Origin: Octopus sinensis | Taxonomy: Eukaryota | Length of the DNA: 8,156 nt | Assembly: GCF_006345805.1 (NCBI RefSeq) | Contig: NW_021828515.1 | Location: 1 to 8,156 of the forward strand | Reading direction: 5' to 3' | Part shown: positions 1-7,332 of the stretch, in pieces | How the letters are laid out: every line of letters begins with the position of its first letter | How positions within the stretch are numbered: the stretch's first letter is position 1 | Notes under the pieces: generated by a model | Database searches by the model: none | What the model was told of the DNA's origin: nothing | The model's input: the letters and a program-made list of their open reading frames with translations, nothing else | Program-made: the position numbers and the translations under genes

Positions 1-120
1 ATGTATATATGGATATATATGGGTATTTCTGGATATATATATATGAGCATATATATATATGGATATATACATACATACATGTGTGTAAGTACATATACAC
101 ACGCACACATGAATTGCATA
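1..120. repeat. Degenerate (TA)n/(TACA)n low-complexity tract
   Basis: Alternating TA runs with GGATATATAT units at 11, 31 and 61 (the last ends in C). Confidence 0.85.
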
Positions 121-129
121 AATATAACG

Positions 130-132
<3 letters not shown>

Positions 133-167
<35 letters not shown>

Positions 168-206
168 GAGAATAAAATGAGAGAGAGAGGGAGAGGAGAA
201 TAAAAT
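133..206. repeat. (GA)n microsatellite followed by an exact 28-bp tandem duplication
   Basis: (GA)n at 133-160; GAGAGAGAGAGGGAGAGGAGAATAAAAT at both 151-178 and 179-206. Confidence 0.95.
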
Positions 207-270
207 GAGAGGGAGGGAGAAGGCGAAGGTAAGAGTGTGAGAGAAACAGAATGTGCGATGCATCTATATA

Positions 271-353
271 CGCGCATGTATATTATATATATATATATAT
301 ATCTATACATATACATAAATACATACATACATATATATATAATTATATACATA

Positions 354-414
<61 letters not shown>
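271..414. repeat. Compound (TA)n/(TACA)n microsatellite
   Basis: Directly visible tandem runs. Confidence 0.95.
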
Positions 415-416
<2 letters not shown>

Positions 417-693
417 GCGCTCGTGTATGCTTTTATAAAGGAAGAAAAAGACAAAAAGATGGGGAGGAGATTGTTAATGAGAATACAAATCTTGAATTAA
501 GCCCTCCGGTGGGAATTAATAGTTGGTTTCCGGTGTGAAATCTCCTAAATTAATGACTACATACATCACTAGATTTTCATCAGTGCTGGTTTTCGCGTCT
601 TACCATTTCCACCCCTCCCCTCCCCACTATATTCTGCAAATTCTTCGCTTTTCTGTTCCTTTTTTATTCCAACCATCTTTACTCACTCCACAA

Positions 694-904
694 ATATACA
701 TATACATGTGTGTGTGTATGTGTGTATCTCTCTCTCTCTCTCAATATATATATATATATATATAAACACACACTCATATATATGTATGTATTTATAATCA
801 CATATATATATAAGTGCATATTTATATATATATATATATATGTACATATTTATAAATATACGTATATATGTATGTGTGCATGTATATATATATATATATA
901 TATA
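694..904. repeat. Compound (TG)n/(TC)n/(TA)n microsatellite
   Basis: Directly visible tandem runs. Confidence 0.9.
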
Positions 905-1342
905 CTCGCATCCTTATCAATCTATTAAAAAGACATATATTTAAATACAGTGAATTGGAAAACCTCAATCAACAGATTAGCCAAGCAATTAGTAAATAAA
1001 ATCTCCCTGTGGGGTGTCTTTAAAATTTGAAAGCCGCAAACAAGTTAGTTAATTACAATATGTCGATCGAAATTTTGGCACAATATAGACAATGAAAATT
1101 GAAGTGGAGCGGGAGTTTTTATTTGCTAATCACTTAGATAATTGTAGTTTTTCACTTCACATTTATGAAACTGTAACGGTTTGCTGTAAAGCAACATCCA
1201 TACATATCGGCTTGCATTGGTCTATTTAAAAAAAAAATGTTTTCTTTAGCCCCAGGTCTCAGGAAACCCGTTATTCGTTATCTATCATCACAGCATGGAC
1301 GCCGATCTGTTGCATAGTTCAAGACCAGTATTTGTTTTTTGT

Positions 1343-1520
1343 TAGGGGAAGGGACAAAGAGATTACATCAACCCTGGTACTTTATTTTATTGATTGGTAC
1401 TTTATTTTATCGCCTCCAAAGTGATGAAAGGGCGAAGTTGGCCTCGGTAGGATTTGAACTAAGAATGTAACAAGCAGGAGGAAATGCCGAGGTATTAACA
1501 ATTCCGCCGGGTCGCCACTT
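1343..1520 (-). mobile_element. tRNA-derived SINE, family A (diverged copy A4)
   Basis: The reverse complement (AAGTGGCGACCCGGCGGAATTGTTAA...AGTTCAAATCCTACCGAGG...CTTTCATC...CGATAAAATAAAGTACCAGGGTTGATGTAATC) aligns with copy A1 at 3331-3497. It carries an internal 20-bp duplication and a deletion of about 16 nt in the head. Confidence 0.85.
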
Positions 1521-1529
1521 TGCAGTGTC

Positions 1530-1652
1530 TATCTTTTATCTTTTACTTGTTTTTCAGCCTTTGAAGAAGTTTTAGCCGACGGAATCGATCCCGGTACTTA
1601 TTTTTTAAAAGTCTGACACTTATCCTCTTGATCTCCTAGGCCGAACCGCTAG
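1530..1652 (-). mobile_element. SINE family B, diverged 3' fragment (B3)
   Basis: CTTTTACTTGTTT..CAG, AATCGATCCCGGTACTTATT and GGCCGAACCGCTA are colinear with B1 4598-4727, with an internal deletion. Confidence 0.75.
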
Positions 1653-1754
1653 TATATATATATATATTCTAGCTGACGTACCCGGTAATTACCGGGAAAG
1701 CGGGGCTTATCCCTTGGTTCCGTTCTTATAATTGTTTCGCTAATCCAATAACAA

Positions 1755-2125
1755 CAACACAAAGTATATAACTCTTAAAATGGTTTTTGTGCATTTACAG
1801 AGAATACTGAACTGTCTTACACAGGATCTTGTTCTTAGGAATTCCCAATAAGTTATGAATACCCAAATTGTGAAGTCAGTTATGTAATAACATGAGATTA
1901 GTTACTCGATAATAAGAATTCAAATAAAGTAGCCCGACAAGAGCTTTAATGCGTTCCCAGAGTATATAGAACATGGGAGGAAATACTAATAAGGTATATA
2001 TACCAAAATCCTGAAGCATGTTACGTAATAACAGACTAATCAGATATGAGTTAATAACAAATATGAGATGATAACATTTCAAAGTAAAGGACTTTTGTGC
2101 GTTCACAGAGAATATTACCTTCAGG
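1755..2125. repeat. Diverged ~150-bp tandem repeat (about 2.5 units) inside the Helitron-like element
   Basis: GC(A/G)TT(T/C)(A/C)CAGAG(A/T)ATA at 1791, 1951 and 2099 (spacings 160 and 148). AATAAG..CC(C)AAA...TGAAG..GTTAYGTAATAACA with the last motif at 1879 and 2020. Confidence 0.75.
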
Positions 2126-2514
2126 GGCGCTAGTGTTGGTATATTCGTGAATAAATCACTAACTGAAATGAGTGGATCTATTGCTTTCGAAAATACTATT
2201 TACTTCTTTAAGAGTTGTACTGGATAAACTACGAAAATAACTAAAATACTAAGAAATAATCATACTCAATTTCATTTTTACCAAATGATTTAGGAAAATG
2301 AATGGGTTATTTCCCTTAGCTATATATAAAGATGCCTTCCATTTTAAAAATAAGATATATTAGACATACGTAAGGATCCCTTCCAGGAGCCCTATTATCA
2401 ACTTTATTTCAACAATTTTAGCATGCCATGTGGTTTCCAGACATGAGTTCTACTCACGTGTCAAATTTCATCAAAATCGATAAAACGATGTAGGAGGAGT
2501 TAGCTAACAACTCC

Positions 2515-2604
2515 AAAAACACACGTATCACCCGGTCTGAGATTCGAACCCTTGATCCCTCGTCCGCGAGTCCACTGCTCTAACCACTTGGCCATGTGCC
2601 TTCA
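2515..2604 (-). mobile_element. tRNA-derived SINE head, family C (tRNA-Arg-like), 3'-truncated
   Basis: The minus strand reads TGAAGGCACATGGCCAAGTGGTTAGAGCAGTGGACTCGCGGACGAGGGATCAAGGGTTCGAATCTCAGACCGGG. A box TGGCCAAGTGG at 2584-2594 and B box GGTTCGAATCT at 2540-2550. There is no acceptor-stem pairing, so this is not a tRNA gene. Confidence 0.8.
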
Positions 2605-2740
2605 CCACAACACCACACGCCGCCACACACCCAGCACACACACGCACACACAGACACAACACAGACACACACACACACCCACACACACACACCACACACA
2701 AACACACACACCACCGACCACCACCGCCCCATACACACAT
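2605..2740. repeat. Imperfect (CA)n/(CAC)n microsatellite
   Basis: Directly visible. Confidence 0.9.
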
Positions 2741-2779
2741 ATATAGTCTGCAATAGAAAACAAAACAAAAAATAAAAAG

Positions 2780-3055
2780 CCCCTCATGTTTTGCACCAAT
2801 GCTTCTTTCTGAATCACAGAAGAGAGTAGTGATGACCACTGCCTTGTAGACACTGGACTTGGACAGGTGCAGCAGTGTACATTTCAGCCATATACGTCGC
2901 TGCAGAAGGACGTGTTGGCTTGGTCAATGCGTTTATCATCGTACTTTTCACAGACTGTATTATTATAAATGGCGCTCGTCAGGCAGGTTAACCATTAGAA
3001 TGGGTTGAGGTATTGTCTTTCGATGGTGATATGCAGTTGTTGGTATGTTGTATAT
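2780..3055 (-). pseudogene. RTE-clade (BovB/RTE-like) LINE reverse-transcriptase C-terminal fragment, decayed
   Basis: The minus-strand translation from 3048 is TYQQLHITIERQYLNPF*WLTCLTSAIYNNTVCEKYDDKRIDQANTSFCS. After a frameshift it continues LHLSKSSVYKAVVITTLFCDSE. This follows the RTE post-YADD motif order as I recall it (HITI..LN..FTYLGS.I...D.D.RI.KAS.SF...L.TK..VY.AVV.TTLLYG.E). There are two stops and one frameshift. Confidence 0.85.
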
Positions 3056-3330
3056 TATATGGAGTGAAAATTAAAAAAAAAAAACGTGGTAATTGAAAAT
3101 ACCTGAGAGCAAAAATGTTGCTATATTTGATTACAAGAAAAATGCTAAATTTCCGCTGAGATCTACCGAGGGCATTTACTTTTTCAAGCACCCTAAACTC
3201 CGAAAATGGGGAATTTTTATCAAGTGCTTTTTTTTTTGCAACAGCGGAGTTTGGAGGTTTGGGGGAGTAAATGCCCTTGAATGATCCAAACGAAAACTTA
3301 GTATTTTTCTAGTAATAATATATACTAAGA

Positions 3331-3563
3331 AGGTGGCGAGACTGGCAGAAACGTTAGCACGCCGGGCGAAATGCTTAGCGGTATTTCGTCTGTCTTTACG
3401 TTCTGAGTTCAAATTCTGTCGAGGTCGACTTTGCCTTTCGTCCTTTCTGGGTCAATAAATTAAGTACCAGTTACGCACTGGGGTCGATGTAATCGACTTA
3501 ATCCGTTTGTCTGTCCTTGTTTGTCCCCTCTGTGTTTAGCATTTTGTGGGTAGTAAAGAAATA
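3331..3563 (+). mobile_element. tRNA-derived SINE, family A, copy A1 (full head, tail type 1)
   Basis: A-box-like TGGCAGAAACGTTAG at 3343-3357 and B-box-like GTTCAAATTC at 3407-3416. Body GAGGTCGACTTTGCCTTTC.TCCTTT...GATAAATTAAGTACCAG, with a hairpin at 3483-3497 and the tail GTCCTTGTTTGTCCCCTCTGTGTTTAG...AAAGAAATA. Confidence 0.92.
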
Positions 3564-3718
3564 GGTATTTCGTCTGTCTTTATGTTCCGAGTCGACTTTG
3601 CCTTTCATCCTTTCAGGAGTCGATAATTTAAGTACCAGTTGCGTACTGGGGTCGAACTTCTCGACTGGTCCCTCCCCCAAAATTTCGAGCCTTGTGCCTA
3701 GAATAGAGAAAAAAAAAA
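3564..3718 (+). mobile_element. SINE family A, copy A2 (headless, B box deleted, tail type 2)
   Basis: Starts at GGTATTTCGTCTGTCTTTA, equivalent to A1 3380. A 17-nt deletion removes the B box. The tail is CCTCCCCCAAAATTTCGAGCCTTGTGCCTAG followed by an A-rich end. Confidence 0.9.
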
Positions 3719-3725
3719 TGATTTT

Positions 3726-3940
3726 AAGGTGGCGAGCTGGCAGATACATTAACACACCGCACGAAATGCTTAGCGGTATTTTGTCTGTCTTTACGGTCTG
3801 AGTTCAAATTCTACAGAGGTCGACTTTGCCCTTCATCCTTTTGTGGTCAATAAATTAAGTACCAGTTGCGTTCTGGGGTCAATTCAATCGACTGGCATCC
3901 TCCCCGCAAAATTTCAGGCCTTGTGCCTAGAGTAGAAAAG
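3726..3940 (+). mobile_element. SINE family A, copy A3 (full head, tail type 2)
   Basis: AAGGTGGCGAGCTGGCAGA head, B-box-like GTTCAAATTC at 3802-3811, and the same tail as A2 (AAAATTTCAGGCCTTGTGCCTAGAGTAGAAAAG). Confidence 0.92.
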
Positions 3941-4348
3941 AATAATGTATAACAAGATATTAGACCTCAACCATTTGCAATTTCTACAATTTATTTTCAC
4001 TCCACCCTAGCTTACACAATGTATATACCCGCACAAATATACATGCGTGGAGTGAAAATAAAAAATCGAAAATGCCAGAGGCCTAAGTCTTGCTATATAT
4101 TATTACTACAAAAATGCTAAATTTTCGCTTACTTCAATCAATATGCTCTCTCAAATCCCTCAAACTCCGCGATTGTAAAACGATTTACAAAACGCCCTAT
4201 TTTTGGAGTTTAGGGGGCTTGAGGTAGTAAATGCTATTGATTGATCTGTGCAAAAATTTTAACACTTTCCTAGTAATCAAATATAGCAATATTTCAGCTC
4301 TCGGGCATTTTCAGTTTCTTCAATTTTTTATTTCCCTACACCCTATTA

Positions 4349-4393
4349 TATATGGCGTTTTCCGGAACAGCACTTCAGTTCCTTCAGACTAAC
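4349..4393 (-). pseudogene. Upstream continuation of the RTE-clade RT fragment
   Basis: The minus strand reads GTT AGT CTG AAG (GA) ACT GAA GTG CTG TTC CGG AAA ACG CCA = VSLK/TEVLFRKTP. This matches the RTE motif ISLKKTEVL.Q that immediately precedes HITI. Confidence 0.7.
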
Positions 4394-4395
4394 GT

Positions 4396-4490
4396 TGTAT
4401 GTATGTACGTATGTATGTATGTATGTATGTATGTATGTATGTATGTATGTATGTATGTATGTATGTATGTATGTATGTGTGTATGTATGT
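4396..4490. repeat. (TATG)n tetranucleotide microsatellite
   Basis: Near-perfect tandem run. Confidence 0.97.
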
Positions 4491-4576
4491 AAAGTGGTGC
4501 GAAACTATAATGACTTTTCAGAAACCGGCGGATGAAGAAATCTGTTGCAAAAGGTCCGTATATCTTGTTTGTGTCT

Positions 4577-4917
4577 TTTTTATTCTTTCTTTTATTCTTT
4601 TACTTGTTTCAGTCATTTTGACTGTGGCCATGCTGGAGCACCGCCTTTAGTCGAGCAAATCGACCCCGGGATTTATTCTTTTGTAAGCCCAGTACTTATT
4701 CTATCGATCTCTTTGGCCGAACCGCTAAGTGACGGGGACGTAAACACACCAGCATCGGTTGTCAAGCAATGACAGGAGGACAAACACAAACATACACATA
4801 CATATATATATACGACAGGCTTCTTTCAGTTTCCGTCTACCAAATCCACTCACAAGGCATTGGTCGGCCCGGGGCTATAGCGGAAGACACTTGCCCAAGG
4901 TGCCACGCAGTGGGACT
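4577..4917 (-). mobile_element. SINE family B (CORE-like, octopus OR-type), 5'-truncated within the tRNA head (B1)
   Basis: The minus strand reads AGTCCCACTGCGTGGCACCTTGGGCAAGTGTCTT..., where ACCTTGGGCAAGT recalls MIR/CORE-SINEs. It has an internal TA/TG microsatellite (4783-4812), the 3' block GGGGTCGATTTGCTCGACTAAAGGCGGTGCTCCAGCATGGCC and a (AGAATAAA)-type tail. It is homologous to B2, B3 and B4. The family name is from memory. Confidence 0.92.
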
Positions 4918-4959
4918 TTATGTTATCGTCTGTTATCGCTTATGTTCTCTTTGATTAAT

Positions 4960-5130
4960 GTGTATATGCACATATGTATATTCATATGTATATGTACACA
5001 TATATGTGTATATTGTACGCACCTATATATGTATATATGTGTGTGTGTGTGAGTGTGTGTGTGTGTGTGGGTGTGTGTGTCTGTGTGTGCACGTATATGT
5101 ATACATACCTATATATATGTAGACGTATAT
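4960..5130. repeat. Compound (TA)n/(TG)n microsatellite
   Basis: Directly visible. Confidence 0.9.
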
Positions 5131-5258
5131 TGTTTTATTTGTTTGTCATTTGACTGCGGCCATGCTGGAACGCCGCCTTTAGTGGAACAATTCAACCTCA
5201 GGACTTATTCTTTGTAAGCCTAGTACTTATTCTATCGGTCTCTTTTGCCGAACCGCTA
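5131..5258 (-). mobile_element. SINE family B, 3' fragment (B2)
   Basis: GTCATTTGACTGCGGCCATGCTGGA..CCGCCTTTAGT...TTATTCTTTGTAAGCCTAGTACTTATTCTATCGGTCTCTTTTGCCGAACCGCTA is colinear with B1 4605-4727. Confidence 0.9.
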
Positions 5259-5283
5259 CTTACCACGCACCCACTCCTGCGCC

Positions 5284-5430
<147 letters not shown>

Positions 5431-5818
5431 GTGAACTCATGTGTAATGTGTTCCATTGAAATTAAAAGCATTTATGTAAAAATTTATGAACGCGTATATG
5501 TATGTGTGTTTGTGTGTGTGCACACATCTAGAATTTCAATCAATACGCTAATTTACCCCTATTAAAATAAACATACGATTATATAAATATAAACATGTGT
5601 GTGTGTGTGTATGTGAACATGTAAGTCTGCATGTTATACATTTATATGAGCGGCGTGTATTCCTCTATGCCATTCAAAGCAGAGCTCCAGCATTACACTG
5701 GGCATGAAACGGGTTAATGGAAACATGCATTTATTCCTACATGTATGTGTGTGCAACATGTATATACTGATGTATGGCTAAGTTTCACACACATCTACAC
5801 ACAAGCATTATCTTATGT

Positions 5819-5837
5819 TTCTCTCTCGCTCTCTTCC

Positions 5838-5884
<47 letters not shown>

Positions 5885-5980
5885 TATCTATCTATATATA
5901 TTATATATATATTATATATATATACATATACATACACACACATGTGTATGTATGTATATGTATATGCATCAATATACGTG
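5819..5980. repeat. Compound (TC)n/(TA)n/(CA)n microsatellite
   Basis: Directly visible. Confidence 0.9.
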
Positions 5981-6234
5981 TATCAAGAGAGTGACATGCA
6001 TGCGCGTATGTAGCTGTACATTGACTTAATATATATAATTGTATAATTAGCGAACTTAATTGAAATACACATCTATAATTAAATATTTACGCACACACAC
6101 AAACATACATGCATTCATATCTTAATGTATATTTGTCCACAGTCACTCTCACGCACACACATATACACACGCTTACATTTATATAGGATCATGTATGCAC
6201 ATACGCGTACAATTTTATATTAGTATGTACATAA

Positions 6235-6274
<40 letters not shown>

Positions 6275-6311
6275 ATATATATATATGTGTGTGTGTACGT
6301 ATATATGCATG

Positions 6312-6342
<31 letters not shown>

Positions 6343-6400
6343 TACATATATATATGTGTGTGTGTGTATTTGTGTATGTATGTGTGTGTATATGTTTGTG
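6235..6400. repeat. Compound (TA)n/(TG)n microsatellite merging into SINE B4
   Basis: Directly visible. Confidence 0.9.
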
Positions 6401-6599
6401 TGTCTGTTTGTATCCCCAACAACACTTGATAACCGATGATGATGTGTTTACGTTCCCACAACTTAACATTTCGGCAAAGCGACAGATAGAATAAATACTA
6501 GGCTCACAAAGTCCTGCGGTCGATTTGCTCGAATAAACGCGGTGCTCCAGCATGGCCGCAGTCACATGACCGAAACCAGGAAAAGAATAAAAAAATAAA
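6390..6599 (+). mobile_element. SINE family B, 3' half (B4)
   Basis: CTTGATAACCGATG.TG.TGTGTTTACGT...TTCGGCAAA...GATAGAATAAATACTAGGCT.ACAAAG...GGTCGATTTGCTCGA...GCGGTGCTCCAGCATGGCCGCAGTC...AAAAGAATAAAA is the reverse complement of B1 4577-4790. Confidence 0.9.
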
Positions 6600-6974
6600 T
6601 GATTATATTTATATATAGACATATACATTGGTGTATATATACGCACACATGCTATGTATATGCATAAGTGTGCAAGCATGTATGTTTTTGACTATATCCC
6701 TGAATGTGTGTACAAAATCACACACACATCCATTCACATACACACATATACAAACTCTTACACACACATTCTTGTATATGTGTGTGCGAATATATATTAA
6801 AACTTGAAATTTGTGTGTACGTGTATACATGTAGACTTCAATATATCTGTGTGTATATATTAATTTATTTATGTATGTCATTTGCCTGTAGTTCTGTCAA
6901 TCTCTCTCACTCTCTTCATACATATACATACATACATATATATGCATGCATATATATATATATATAATATATAC

Positions 6975-7056
<82 letters not shown>

Positions 7057-7291
7057 GTATAATATATATATATATTATATATATATATATATGTAATACA
7101 TAAATACTTAAATGTATGTATTTAATTTCAGATTTATATTTTTATTTTCATATTCACTTATATTTATATGTGTAAATGAATATGCCACAAATATATGTAT
7201 GCATTTATATATACGCACACACACACATATGTATGTATATACATACATATGTACACATATACATGTATGTATATACATACACACACGCACA

Positions 7292-7332
<41 letters not shown>

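Larger units (their letters stand above)
1669..2747 (-). mobile_element. Non-autonomous Helitron-like element
   Basis: The minus-strand 3' end has the canonical Helitron layout: a perfect 16-bp palindrome CCCGGTAATTACCGGG (1681-1696), then 8 nt, then terminal CTAG (1669-1672). CAAATTTCATCAAAATCG at 2462-2479 matches my recollection of Lep1-like non-autonomous Helitrons. A CA-rich microsatellite lies near the other end. The candidate 5' end reads ACTATATAT on the minus strand (2747 down), one mismatch from TCTATATAT. The 5' boundary is less certain than the 3' end. Confidence 0.65.
3056..4348. mobile_element. Four-armed foldback/MITE-like element (about 660 bp net), interrupted by a SINE trimer
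   Basis: Arms at about 3061-3202, 3245-3330 plus 3958-4007, 4047-4170 and 4203-4343. Perfect inverted matches: 3170-3180/3266-3276 (11 bp), 3118-3134/4273-4289 (17 bp), 3310-3324/4094-4108 (15 bp) and 3990-4005/4047-4062 (16 bp). TATTATAT flanks both ends (3053-3060, 4344-4351). There is no coding capacity and the superfamily is unassigned. Confidence 0.85.

Noticed and set aside
2530-2604. Possible tRNA-Arg gene
   Set aside because: A and B boxes are present, but the acceptor and anticodon stems do not pair, so it is treated as a SINE head.
2988-3801. ORFs 2988-3191, 3093-3284, 3176-3412, 3498-3755 and 3598-3801 as a transposase or host gene
   Set aside because: They run across foldback and SINE sequence and show no recognisable motifs. 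The real RTE frame is a different, stop-interrupted frame.
3331-3940. CRISPR-like or satellite array of repeated units
   Set aside because: The units are 150-230-bp SINE copies with no unique spacers and no cas genes, in a eukaryotic context.
4491-4575. Further RTE continuation (minus strand HKQDIRTFCNRF)
   Set aside because: There is only faint similarity to the H.E.DLQ...RF motif, and the expected FGLT link is absent. It is not supportable without an alignment.
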